DNA of 64,000 nucleotides from an uncultured Mailhella sp. (GTDB taxonomy: Bacteria; Desulfobacterota; Desulfovibrionia; Desulfovibrionales; Desulfovibrionaceae): positions 32,779-96,778 of the forward strand of contig CALUUX010000036.1 of assembly GCA_944324085.1 (NCBI GenBank), in the 5' to 3' direction. The notes below the pieces were generated by a model that was given only the letters and a program-made list of their open reading frames with translations, searched no databases and had not been told where the DNA came from. The first letter of the stretch is position 1, and the number at the start of each line of letters is the position of its first letter. The position numbers were made by a program, and so were the translations under genes. Positions 1 through 9,229 of the stretch are shown piece after piece.

Positions 1-485
1 ATAAGGTGCTGAATGAAGCGGTTGTCGGGGTACTTCGCCATGAGTTCTTTGGCGGCCTTGTTGATTTTTTTTTGCGGAATGCCGGTGAATATCTGACGCG
101 GATCCTCATCGACCTTTTTGGCGCAGACGTAGAAGCGGTCGCCGATCATGCCCACGGCCGCGTAGGCGAAAAGGGGCAGCGTGGGGGCGTCCTTGTCCGT
201 AACGTAGACGGGGTGTCCCGTCAGCGTGTGCGCGGGAGCGATGAAGGCGGCCACGGCCAGTTCCTCGACTTCCACGGTGTCTCCGGTTTCCGGATCGAGT
301 CCCACGGCATGGCGGCCGGGCAGCAGAAAGAGTTCGCTTTCCGGCGGCAGAGGCATGAGTTCGTCAGGACGGGGGAGCGTCCATTCGTTGCCCTTGCGGC
401 AGAGCATGAGCAGGTCGGGATCGTCGTATATCTGGCCCTGGGCGTCGGCCAGGAGCATTCTCGGGCGGGGATGGGATGTGGCCAT
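1..485 (-). CDS. Radical SAM family protein, N-terminal part (runs off the window start)
   Basis: Not in the ORF track because there is no stop in the window. Manual translation from ATG at 485: MATSHPRPRMLLADAQGQIYDDPDLLMLCRKG...ELFLLPGRHAVGLDPETG...PLFAYAAVG...DPRQ...YPDNRFIQHL. This resembles the N-terminal domain of a deltaproteobacterial radical SAM family (from recall). The CxxxCxxC motif is not inside the window. Confidence 0.65.
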   Translation of the reverse strand, partial: MATSHPRPRMLLADAQGQIYDDPDLLMLCRKGNEWTLPRPDELMPLPPESELFLLPGRHAVGLDPETGDTVEVEELAVAAFIAPAHTLTGHPVYVTDKDAPTLPLFAYAAVGMIGDRFYVCAKKVDEDPRQIFTGIPQKKINKAAKELMAKYPDNRFIQHL

Positions 486-543
486 GGCATTGGTACGGCG
501 CGGCGCGCCTGGGTGAAATGTTGCCTGACGTCCTTGCGGGCGA

Positions 544-753
544 TCAGTGTTCGCGGTTTTCGCCGAGAAAGCGGTTCCAGAGGCGTATGGCGGCTCCCTG
601 GGAAACGGCCCATTGCGTCAGCGCGCATCCGCAGGGACACGCGACTCTCCACAGCTCGTGGCGTCGACCGGCGGGTAAGCAGGATTCCAGCTTCTGCTCT
701 CGCCCTCCGCAGGTGGAGCATGGAAGAATGGGTGGCAGGTAGCTGTCCGGCAT
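544..753 (-). CDS. Small Cys-rich zinc-ribbon protein, Lar (restriction alleviation)-like, 69 aa
   Basis: GGAGG SD upstream of ATG 753. Protein MPDSYLPPILPCSTCGG...VACPCGC...AIRLWNRF has the PCxxCG...CxC...AIxxWNR layout typical of Lar-family zinc ribbons. Confidence 0.6.
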   Translation of the reverse strand: MPDSYLPPILPCSTCGGREQKLESCLPAGRRHELWRVACPCGCALTQWAVSQGAAIRLWNRFLGENREH

Positions 754-852
754 AACAACCTCCTTCTTGCTGGAAACGGGTTCCGCCGGACGGAACCGCA
801 AAATTTGCGGAGCGCATGATAACGCTCTCGTTTCCGATATGCAAGCGCGGCG

Positions 853-1824
853 CTAGACGAGACCGGCCCAGCCCAGGGCAAGCATGACCAGAGGCAGGGA
901 CGCCAGAGAGAGCAACGTTGTGACGATGACGGTCATGGACGCTTCCGTGGGGTATGCCTGATAACGTTCGCCGACGATGTACACGATGGTTCCCGTGGGC
1001 ATGGCCGCGGTTACGACGGCTACGGCGAGGGCGACGCCCGAACATCCCGCGGCGAGCATCACAAAGAAGGTGAACAGCGGCTGGATGAGCAGCTTGGCCG
1101 CGCATACGACGGCAAGATCCTTGCGGTTGAACGATCCTCTCGTTCCCGACGTGCCGGAAAGCTGCGCGGAAAGCACCATGCCCATGCCGAACAGGGCGCA
1201 GGGCGCGGCGGTGGAACCGAGCATCTGCGTTATGCTGAGCAGGGCCTTGGGCAAAGGCACGCCGGAAAAGCCAGCGCACGCGCCCACAACCGCGGACACG
1301 ATCATGGGATTGTGGGCCAGCTCCCCGAACAGTCTTTTGCCAAGGTTGCGCCGCGAGCCGCCGCCTTCGGCGGAGGAAAGGATGTCCAGCGTGGCGTCCG
1401 CGGTGAGGAAGGGCGCGGAGTAGAGCAGCGCGCCCAGCATGCCTGCGGTGGCGGCGGCTTCATTGTCGGGAAAAACCATGAAAATGAAGGGCAGGCCGAA
1501 GAACGCCGCGTTGGGGAACACCGCGCCGAGAGTGCGTATGGTGGTTTCCGGACGATGAACGCGCCATAACTTGGAGAAAAAGAGGTAGGCCGCAAGGTAG
1601 CAGATCATGGAGGAGGCGAGCGTGGCCCACATGAAGGTGGCGGCTTCTTCGTTCATGTGAATGGAGCACATCTGCGTGAAGAGCAGAGCGGGCAGGCTCA
1701 CCCAGTAGACGAATTGATTGAGACAAAGCGCCATGGTGGGCGCGAGAATGCGGCGTCGTTCGGCTATGAGGCCGAGGAACATGATGCCGAAAACGGTCAG
1801 AAGCGCGGAAAAAATACTGCTCAT
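853..1824 (-). CDS. AEC (auxin efflux carrier) family transporter
   Basis: About 10 hydrophobic segments; family-like motifs LNQFVYWVSLPALLF, FPNAAFFGLP and AAMPTG. Confidence 0.9.
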   Translation of the reverse strand: MSSIFSALLTVFGIMFLGLIAERRRILAPTMALCLNQFVYWVSLPALLFTQMCSIHMNEEAATFMWATLASSMICYLAAYLFFSKLWRVHRPETTIRTLGAVFPNAAFFGLPFIFMVFPDNEAAATAGMLGALLYSAPFLTADATLDILSSAEGGGSRRNLGKRLFGELAHNPMIVSAVVGACAGFSGVPLPKALLSITQMLGSTAAPCALFGMGMVLSAQLSGTSGTRGSFNRKDLAVVCAAKLLIQPLFTFFVMLAAGCSGVALAVAVVTAAMPTGTIVYIVGERYQAYPTEASMTVIVTTLLSLASLPLVMLALGWAGLV

Positions 1825-1893
1825 GGGAAAGAGATTCCTTGGAGGAAAAGCCGGATGCGCGTAACGCGCGGCGCGTCCGGGAGATGGGTTTAG

Positions 1894-3141
1894 CTATCGC
1901 ATGTGCGCGAGCGTTTGCGTGAGACTGTGGTGAATGGCGCGCAGGTGCCGCGTGAACATGACGATGGCCGCGCAGATCACGAGCGCGCAGAAGAGCATGG
2001 TGCGCGGAGCTCCGATGACGTCGGCCAGCGCGCCGAAGGCCAGACCGCCCACGGGGCCGAGACCTGCGGTGCACATGATGTACAGACTGATGACGCGGCT
2101 GCGGCAGTCGTCGGAAGAGGTGGTCTGGCAGAGAGTGTTGATGCTGATGTTGTTCGCGGTGATGCCGAAACCGATGAAGAAGGCCGCGACAAGCGAGATC
2201 CACAGCGTTTCGGAAAAGCTGAACGCGATGAGAGCGACGGCGGTGACGGAGGTGACGCGGGCGATGAACACGGGGGTGCGCCTGAGCGGAAGATAGACGG
2301 ACACCACCATGCCTCCGACGAACGCGCCTGCGCCTACCGCGCCGAAAAGCCAGCCGAGCGTCTGGGAACCGCCGTCGAGAATGGCGGTGGAAAACATGGG
2401 GAACAGCACGCTGTAGCAGAGGCCGAACAGACAGAACACGGCGAGCAGACGGAAAATATGATTCAGGAAAAATTCGCTCTGCACGTGTCGTATGCCTTCC
2501 ACGATATCGCCGACGATGCTCTTTTTTCCGTGCGAGGCGACGCGTTCGCGCAGACGCACCTGAAACGCGAGCATGTAGATGATGGGCAGGTAGGTGATCG
2601 ACGATATGAGGAAGCAGACTCCTTCTCCCCAGAGATAGATGACGAGTCCGGCGATGGAAGGGCCCACCAGCTTGCTGATGTTGAAGGCCATGGAGTTAAG
2701 GGCGATGGCGCTCTTGACAGCGGACGGATCCGACACCATGAGCGACACCGACGACTGCCGCGCCGTCATGTCGAACGAGCCGATAATGCCGAGGCCGAGG
2801 CTGAGCGCGACCAGCAGAGGGTAGTTGACGGCCTCGGTGAAGGTCACGAAGGTGAGCAGCGCGGCTTCCACCATGCAGAGAGCCTGCGTGGTGATGAGAG
2901 CCTTGCGCAGATCGTGCCGTTCCAGCCACGCCCCGGCCATGAGGCCGAAGATAAGGATGGGGGCAAGGCTGACGAACTCCACAATGCTGAGCAGAAAGGC
3001 GGACTTGGTGAGTCGAAAAACGAGCCAGCTCATGGCGAGTCGCTGCATCCACAGGCCGAGCATGGAAATGGTCTGACCGATGATGAAGCAGAAAAAAGCT
3101 CTGTGCGCGAGAGCGGGGAACAGCTGATAGATGCGACGCAT
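1894..3141 (-). CDS. MFS transporter (H+ antiporter-like, DUF894 type)
   Basis: 12-TM pattern; IGQTISMLGLWMQRLAMSWLV and AIALNSMAFNISKLVGPSIAG motifs. Start could also be 3168. Confidence 0.88.
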   Translation of the reverse strand: MRRIYQLFPALAHRAFFCFIIGQTISMLGLWMQRLAMSWLVFRLTKSAFLLSIVEFVSLAPILIFGLMAGAWLERHDLRKALITTQALCMVEAALLTFVTFTEAVNYPLLVALSLGLGIIGSFDMTARQSSVSLMVSDPSAVKSAIALNSMAFNISKLVGPSIAGLVIYLWGEGVCFLISSITYLPIIYMLAFQVRLRERVASHGKKSIVGDIVEGIRHVQSEFFLNHIFRLLAVFCLFGLCYSVLFPMFSTAILDGGSQTLGWLFGAVGAGAFVGGMVVSVYLPLRRTPVFIARVTSVTAVALIAFSFSETLWISLVAAFFIGFGITANNISINTLCQTTSSDDCRSRVISLYIMCTAGLGPVGGLAFGALADVIGAPRTMLFCALVICAAIVMFTRHLRAIHHSLTQTLAHMR

Positions 3142-3311
3142 GAAAACCTCGTTGGGCGGTAAGGGCATTTTTCGGATCAGGGATTTATTGGGTACAGAAG
3201 AATCTAACGAATTTCGGATAAAAGGGAAAGCTGGGGGAAGGAGGCGTATTTTTTAGGCGTTTTCCATTGCGGCGCAAGGATCGTAGAGCCGGAGCGGGCG
3301 CAGTGGGAAAT

Positions 3312-3345
3312 AAAAAAACGGGAAAGTTCTCAAGAACTTTCCCGT
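3312..3345 (-). terminator. Intrinsic terminator after feoB
   Basis: Perfect 12-bp stem acgggaaagttc-tcaa-gaactttcccgt followed by a U-tract on the minus strand. Confidence 0.8.
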
Positions 3346-3379
3346 GTAAAGGCGTTTTCAGGAAGAGTGCGAAAGTCCT

Positions 3380-5713
3380 CTAGCCCCAGAGCAGTCTGCC
3401 GACCAGGGTTCCGGCGTAGGCAACGACGTAGGCCACCGCCGTGTTGAATGCCATGCTGAAGAACAGCCATTTCCAGCCACCCGCCTCGTTCTTGAGCACT
3501 ACGAGAGTGACGAAACAGGGCGAGTAAATGAGCACGAAGAGCATGAGCGAGAGGGCCACGGTTTTGGACCAGCCAGGATCGGAAGCCAGTCGTGCCGAAA
3601 GGGAATCAGGTTCGTCAGGATCCGTTTCCCCTATGGAGTAGGCGGTGCCCATGGTGGACAGTATGGCTTCTTTGGCGGCCACGCCGGAAAGAAGGGCCAC
3701 GTCGGTGCGCCAGTCGAAGCCGAGGGGGCGGAATACGGGCTCTACGAACTGACCGATGCGGCCGCCCCAGGTGTTGCGCACGGTTTCGGAGGCCAGTTCG
3801 TTTTCCGCGTCGTTTTTCTGCGCTTCCAGGGCCTCTTTTTGTTCGACCGTTTCGGTGAGAATCTGTCGCATGGCCGGCTTTGAAGCGTCGTCGGCCCCTT
3901 CAATCTGAGCGTTCAGCGCGTCGATGCGCTGGTCAAGGGGGGCGATTCGCGCGTCGATGGAGGCAATTTTGTCTTCAAAAGGCGCGGATTGTTCCGCCGT
4001 AAGCGCGGGGAAGGTGAGCGCGGCCCAGAGAATGACGGATATGGCCAGAATGACGGTTCCCGCCTTTTTGATGTACATCCAGCCGCGTTCCCATGTATGG
4101 GTGAGAATGCTGCGCAGCGTGGGCAGGCGATAGGGCGGCAGTTCCATGACGAAGGGCGTGGACTCGCCGCGGAATACGGTTTTTCTCAGGAACAGGGACA
4201 CCAGCAGAGCCACGGCCCAGCCGCAGAGGGTGATGGCGAACATGATTCCGGCCTGGTTCTCAGCGAAAAAGGCCGCGGTGAGCATGAGAAACACCGGAAT
4301 TTTCGCGCCGCAGGTCATGAGAGGCAGGGTCATCATGGTGGCCATGCGTTCCTTTTCGCTGCGCATGGTGCGCGTGGCCATGACGCCGGGAATGGCGCAG
4401 CCGCCCGCGATGCCGCCCGCGATGATGAAGGGCATCACCGACGCTCCGTGCAGTCCGAAGGCCCGCATGACACGGTCGAGCATATAAGCCATGCGCGCCA
4501 TATAGCCGCTGTCTTCAAGGAAGGACACGATAAGGAACATGATGAGAATGAGCGGCACGAAACTGAGCACTCCGCCCACGCCGCCGATGACGCCGTCCAC
4601 CACCAGCGAGCGCGCCAGTCCTTCAGGGAGCACGCTCGTCATGAGCTCTCCGAGCCAGCCGAAGAAGTCTTCCACCCACCCCTGCGGGTACGCGCCCACG
4701 ATAAAGGTGGTCCAGAACATGAAGTACACCACCGCCAACATGATGACGGGACCAAAAATGGTGTTGGTGAGCACTTTGTCCAGCTTGTCGGTGAGAGCGA
4801 GACGATCCTTGGCGTTGTCCTTGTGGATGACGCCGTCCTTGAGCGCGCTGTGGATAAAGCCGTAACGGTAATCGGAAATGACGGCGTCGGGCGTGGTTTC
4901 CAGCGTGGAAGCCAGATGCGTCGTCAGCTCGTCGCGAATGGCGAGCAGTTCCAGAGCGGCTTCGCGATCCGCGGCTTCCGTCTGAGCGAGAATCACGTCG
5001 TCGTTTTCCAGAATTTTGAGGGCCGTCCAGCGGGCCGGATAGCGCGAGATGAGAATTTTTTTCTTCTCGATGATGGACGTCATGCGCAGCAGCGCGGGAT
5101 CGAGGTCCGGCCCGTAACTGATGGTCAGGGGAGAGCATGGTTTTTGCGCTTCTTCCAAGGCCAGACGCAACGCCTCGTCAAGACCTTCGCCGGAGCGGGC
5201 TATGGTCGGCACGGCGCGCGCTCCGAATCGGGCGGACAGCTTTTCGATATCGAGGCGCATGCCCGCCTTGCGGGCTTCGTCCATCATGTTGCAGGCCAGC
5301 ACCACGGGCTGGCCGAGTTCGCGAATCTGCACGGCAAGGAACAGACCGCGTTCCAGCGTGGCGGAGTCGATGACGTCGATGACGGCGCGAGGGCGTTCTT
5401 CCGGCCGTTCCGGGGCGAGCACGTCGCGCACCACGCGCTCTTCCATGGAGTAGGGGGTGAGCGAGTAGGCTCCTGGAAGATCGACCAATAATACTTTACG
5501 CTCGCCGCAGCTCGTCCAGCCTTCCTTCTTTTCGACGGTGACGCCGGGATAATTGCCCACATGCTGATGCGCGCCCGTGTATTTGTTGAAGGCCGTGGTT
5601 TTTCCGCAGTTGGGGTTGCCCGCCAGAGCGATGCGCACGCCGTTTTTCTTTTCTTCCTCGGTAAAGGCGGGAGTTCCGACCTCGCCGCGTCGTTCGCAGA
5701 AAGGACAGCTCAT
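3380..5713 (-). CDS. feoB: Ferrous iron transport protein B
   Basis: G1 GNPNCGKT, G2 NYPGVTVE, G3 DLPG, G4 NMMD, followed by membrane domain motifs GYMARMA and PFVMELPPY. Confidence 0.97.
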   Translation of the reverse strand: MSCPFCERRGEVGTPAFTEEEKKNGVRIALAGNPNCGKTTAFNKYTGAHQHVGNYPGVTVEKKEGWTSCGERKVLLVDLPGAYSLTPYSMEERVVRDVLAPERPEERPRAVIDVIDSATLERGLFLAVQIRELGQPVVLACNMMDEARKAGMRLDIEKLSARFGARAVPTIARSGEGLDEALRLALEEAQKPCSPLTISYGPDLDPALLRMTSIIEKKKILISRYPARWTALKILENDDVILAQTEAADREAALELLAIRDELTTHLASTLETTPDAVISDYRYGFIHSALKDGVIHKDNAKDRLALTDKLDKVLTNTIFGPVIMLAVVYFMFWTTFIVGAYPQGWVEDFFGWLGELMTSVLPEGLARSLVVDGVIGGVGGVLSFVPLILIMFLIVSFLEDSGYMARMAYMLDRVMRAFGLHGASVMPFIIAGGIAGGCAIPGVMATRTMRSEKERMATMMTLPLMTCGAKIPVFLMLTAAFFAENQAGIMFAITLCGWAVALLVSLFLRKTVFRGESTPFVMELPPYRLPTLRSILTHTWERGWMYIKKAGTVILAISVILWAALTFPALTAEQSAPFEDKIASIDARIAPLDQRIDALNAQIEGADDASKPAMRQILTETVEQKEALEAQKNDAENELASETVRNTWGGRIGQFVEPVFRPLGFDWRTDVALLSGVAAKEAILSTMGTAYSIGETDPDEPDSLSARLASDPGWSKTVALSLMLFVLIYSPCFVTLVVLKNEAGGWKWLFFSMAFNTAVAYVVAYAGTLVGRLLWG

Positions 5714-5943
5714 TTGACCTCCACGTCGACGTAATCGGCTTCGCTGTTGCGGAGCGCGATGGTGGAACCTTCAATGCGCAACGCCACGGGATCGCGCAGC
5801 GGAGCCCTGCCTATGATCTGAACGGACATGCCCGGAACGAGTCCCATGTCGCGGATGCGTCGGCCCAGTTCTCCGCGGGCGGTGATTTTGACGATGTTCG
5901 CCGTTTGGCCGGGAGCGAGCCGGCGGAGATTCATCTGTGACAT
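5710..5943 (-). CDS. feoA: Ferrous iron transport protein A
   Basis: SD CAGGAGG upstream of ATG 5943; RRIRDMGLVPG...RAPLRDPVAL...IALRNSEA motif; ATGA overlap with feoB. Confidence 0.95.
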   Translation of the reverse strand: MSQMNLRRLAPGQTANIVKITARGELGRRIRDMGLVPGMSVQIIGRAPLRDPVALRIEGSTIALRNSEADYVDVEVK

Positions 5944-5963
5944 GGCGTCCTCCTGATAAATAA

Positions 5964-5984
5964 AAATGAAATTCTTTTTCAATT
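5964..5984 (-). promoter_or_regulatory. Putative Fur-like box next to the feoA RBS
   Basis: Reads AATTGAAAAAGAATTTCATTT on the minus strand, an imperfect TGAAAAT-N-ATTTTCA-type palindrome upstream of an iron uptake operon. Confidence 0.45.
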
Positions 5985-6214
5985 AATTTTCAAAAAAAAC
6001 AACAACGGCACGCGCCGCGTCTTTTTTGACAACGAGGCAAACAACTCAGGATTGCGAACGTTCGGCTGTGTTTTTCTTTTCCCGTCGCGGCGGAGACGCT
6101 CTTTCTCGAAAAACGGATGACCAGAAATGCGGCGTTCGTTTTAACACGGGGCGTTGCAATGTTTCCGTCTCCTTTTGATTGGGCGAAGTTTGCCGCTCCA
6201 TCGCGGATGTTCTG

Positions 6215-6243
6215 AAGTTAGTGAAAATGAAAGTCAATGTCAA
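6215..6243 (-). promoter_or_regulatory. Sigma70-type promoter for feoAB overlapped by a second Fur-like box
   Basis: TTGACA-17 nt-TAACTT on the minus strand; the spacer contains TGAAAATGAAAGTCA (plus strand 6222-6236). Confidence 0.6.
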
Positions 6244-6658
6244 TTTAAAAACAAAAAAAAGCGCAAATTCGTTTCGGAAGCGGAAGACGCGTGGCCAGAA
6301 CGACGACGCGGAGGACGAAAAACGACACGTCGGCAGGCGTTCGTCAGGGAAGCACGGAAGGCGGCGGAGGAACAAACGGCGTTGGCGTTTTTCACCGACA
6401 GGGGATCATTGCCGAGAGGAGGAACGGGAACAACGGCGGAAAGGGCGTTGTCTTCGCGCGAGCTGACGAAGGTTGGCTGACGAGCGTTTCGCGGAAAGAC
6501 GAGACGCTCGCGCGGGAACGAGCTTCGCGTTTGTCCATAGCCCGTTTTTACAAGCGCGCCGCCTTCCCGGAGAAGGAAAGCGGCGCGTTTCAGAAACAAC
6601 GTTTCTCCGCGAAACGGAGACGTTGGTATGGCGGTCTTCGCGAAGCGAGGATCGGAGC

Positions 6659-7021
6659 TCAGGCGGAAAGTGCGGTCAGCGCGTCCAGAAGTTTGTCCAC
6701 GTCTTCGGCTGCGGGCCGTTCGGGAAGCGAACCGAGCATGCCAAGCCCTTCCATGGCGTCGTGGAATTCTTCGGGGTTCATGGCTACCGCCGCCGCGGTA
6801 TGGATCATGGCGTCCACGGAGAGAATCTGGAACACGGCGTTGCGGATGGCGGCGCGATCGGAACCGATATCCAGAATCACGAGCGAAGCCTTGCTGGTCT
6901 GCAGATCTTTCCGCGCGTCCTCCAGCGTTTCGGCGACGCGAAGGACGGCTCCGCGGGCTTCAAAGCGCGGCTTCAGCGTCTGCCAGAGCTCGTGACGAGA
7001 GGTGATGACGAGAATGTCCAT
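6659..7021 (-). CDS. Receiver-like hypothetical protein of the orp cluster (Orp5-like)
   Basis: 120 aa, alpha/beta receiver-like pattern (LVILDIG), last gene of the ATPase/NifB-NifX cluster. Confidence 0.6.
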   Translation of the reverse strand: MDILVITSRHELWQTLKPRFEARGAVLRVAETLEDARKDLQTSKASLVILDIGSDRAAIRNAVFQILSVDAMIHTAAAVAMNPEEFHDAMEGLGMLGSLPERPAAEDVDKLLDALTALSA

Positions 7022-7033
7022 ACGGACTCCGGA

Positions 7034-7414
7034 TCAATGGGCGTGTCCGCCGCCGCAGGTGAACTCAAGGCTGAAGGGCTGGAGCTGACCGGCGAGATAG
7101 GCCTGCACCGCGCCGCCCACGGTAAGCTGGTTGCCCGCGAAGAACACCTTGACGCCGGCCTGCTGGAAGCCCATGAGGGGACGCATGCCCATGCCGCCGG
7201 CCAGCAGCGCGTTGACGTGATGCGAGGCCAGATGCTGCACGGGGGCCATGCAACCGCCCTGCTGATGGGGAACGTTTTCCAGCGTGGAGACCGACTTGAT
7301 CTGCCCGTCTTCCACTTCCACGATGGTGTAGATGTCACAATGGCCGAAATGCATGCCCATCTGGGCGTCGAGACCGCCGGGAAGGGCGGAAGGAATGGCG
7401 ACGATTTCGCTCAT
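7034..7414 (-). CDS. NifB/NifX family (FeMo-cofactor-binding-like) protein, Orp8-like
   Basis: HFGHC, GGC, GGMGxRP and C-terminal CGGGHAH motifs. Confidence 0.88.
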   Translation of the reverse strand: MSEIVAIPSALPGGLDAQMGMHFGHCDIYTIVEVEDGQIKSVSTLENVPHQQGGCMAPVQHLASHHVNALLAGGMGMRPLMGFQQAGVKVFFAGNQLTVGGAVQAYLAGQLQPFSLEFTCGGGHAH

Positions 7415-7451
7415 GGTAAAACTCCTGAAAACGGTCGTAGAGGCGCGCGTT

Positions 7452-8324
7452 TCAGCGACGCACGTTCAGCTTCTGAAGGGCCGACCACATGTCCTTCAGT
7501 CTGTTTCCCACAACATTGTCGAATTCGGTCAGGGCTTTGCGGGCCACCATGGCCTGCGTGACCACCGGATCGAAGGGGAGTCGTCCGAGAAGAACGTCTC
7601 CGCGTTTTTCGCACTCTTCGGCCATGGCGTCGGCCTCGCGCGCGTTGAGATCCGCTTTGTTGATGATGACCGCCAGCGGCACGCGGAAGTGACGGCACAG
7701 ATCCGCCACGCGCAGGAAGTCGTGACGGCCGGAAGGCGTGGGTTCCACCACGCCCACGGCCAGACTGGCGCCGGAAAGCGAAGCGATCACCGGGCAGCCT
7801 ACGCCTGGAGACCCGTCGCAGAGTATGGTGTCGAGTCCCCGCTCGCGGGCCAGAGCTCGGGCTTCGGCCTTGAGCAGGCTCACGAGCTTGCCGGAGTTTT
7901 CCTGACCGGGAAAGAGCAGCGCGTGCACCATGGGGCCGAAGCGGGTATCGCTGCGGTACCAGTCGCCGCAATGTTCTTCGGTAAGTTCCACGGCGTGGGC
8001 GGGGCACAGATGCGCGCACACGCCGCAGCCTTCGCAACGCAGCGGATCCGCGGCGTACCCGTCGTCGCCCAGGGATATGGCGTCAAAGGCGCACAGCGAG
8101 GCGCATTTGCCGCAGCCCAGGCAGGCCTCCCGACGGATGACGACTTTGTGTCCGGAAACGAAGGCGTGCGTTTCCCGCGCTTGCGGATCGAGCAGAATGT
8201 GCAGATCGGGAGCGTCCACGTCCAGATCGCAGATGACTTTGTTTTCCGCCAGATGCGCGAAGGCCGCGCTTACGGTGGTTTTGCCCGTGCCTCCCTTGCC
8301 GCTGATGACGACGATTTCACGCAT
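7452..8324 (-). CDS. MinD/ParA-type P-loop ATPase with inserted 2x[4Fe-4S] domain (Orp3/Orp4-like)
   Basis: SGKGGTGKTT, DLDVDAPDLH, CLGCGKCASLC and CEGCGVCAHLCP, GQENSGKLV, DGSPGVGCP. Confidence 0.92.
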   Translation of the reverse strand: MREIVVISGKGGTGKTTVSAAFAHLAENKVICDLDVDAPDLHILLDPQARETHAFVSGHKVVIRREACLGCGKCASLCAFDAISLGDDGYAADPLRCEGCGVCAHLCPAHAVELTEEHCGDWYRSDTRFGPMVHALLFPGQENSGKLVSLLKAEARALARERGLDTILCDGSPGVGCPVIASLSGASLAVGVVEPTPSGRHDFLRVADLCRHFRVPLAVIINKADLNAREADAMAEECEKRGDVLLGRLPFDPVVTQAMVARKALTEFDNVVGNRLKDMWSALQKLNVRR

Positions 8325-9219
8325 GGTTCGTTTCCTCCGCGGCGCGCCCCGCGCCGAAGGCGATGAGCGCGTCTCTCAGACGCTCGAAACGTTGCCGCCA
8401 CGCCGGGGAGAGTTCCGCCAGAAGGCGACCCGCGGCGTACTGTTCGGCCGCGGCCCGCTCAAAGGGAAGCTCCGCGAGCACGGGCACGCGCTGTTCCCGA
8501 CAGTAGCGGCGCGCGGCCTCGTCGCCCTCGGCGTTGCCGTCGGCTCCAGCCCTGTTGATCACCGCGGCCACGGGACGTCCCAGAGGCAGAAAGGCCTGAT
8601 GCGCCAGTCGGAAATCGTGAAAACCGAAGGGCGTGGGATCGAGGGCCAGAAGAATGACGTCCGCCTCGCGAGCCACCGTCACGGCCGGACAGCTTACGCC
8701 GGGAGGGGAGTCGATGAGCGCGTCGGCGGGACAGGCCTCGAGCATGTCGCTCAGAAGACGGAGCTGCTGACGAAGCAGCGGCGGCGTCATGGATTCGCCG
8801 ATGCGCGTGCGTCCCATGAGGAAGCGCGCGGAGCCGCCCAGAACGGTTCCGATCTCCAGCGAGCCTAGCTCGCGCCGGCCGTGGATGAGCGCGCCGGTGG
8901 GACATACCGCAAAGCAGCCTCCGCAGCCGTGGCACATGTCCGGGAAAAGAGTGATTTTTCCGGCGAAGGACGCGATGGCCTTATAGGCGCAGATGTCGCG
9001 GCATTTTTCGCAGCGCGAGCATTTTTCTGGATCCATGTTCGGCACGTCCAGAAAGGCCGTTTTCTTTTCTGTGACGTCCGGCGGAAGAAAAAGATGCAGA
9101 TTCGGAGCTTCCGCGTCCGTGTCCACGGCGACGAGCGGTCGGTTCCACACGGCGGCGAGCGAGGCCGTCACGCAGGTTTTTCCCGCGCCGCCCTTGCCGC
9201 TGGCAATGACTACCCGCAT
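8317..9219 (-). CDS. MinD/ParA-type P-loop ATPase with inserted 2x[4Fe-4S] domain (Orp3/Orp4-like)
   Basis: SGKGGAGKT, DTDAEAPNLHLFL, CSRCEKCRDIC and CHGCGGCFAVCP, DSPPGVSCP. Confidence 0.92.
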   Translation of the reverse strand: MRVVIASGKGGAGKTCVTASLAAVWNRPLVAVDTDAEAPNLHLFLPPDVTEKKTAFLDVPNMDPEKCSRCEKCRDICAYKAIASFAGKITLFPDMCHGCGGCFAVCPTGALIHGRRELGSLEIGTVLGGSARFLMGRTRIGESMTPPLLRQQLRLLSDMLEACPADALIDSPPGVSCPAVTVAREADVILLALDPTPFGFHDFRLAHQAFLPLGRPVAAVINRAGADGNAEGDEAARRYCREQRVPVLAELPFERAAAEQYAAGRLLAELSPAWRQRFERLRDALIAFGAGRAAEETNHA

Positions 9220-9229
9220 GGTTCCCCCG

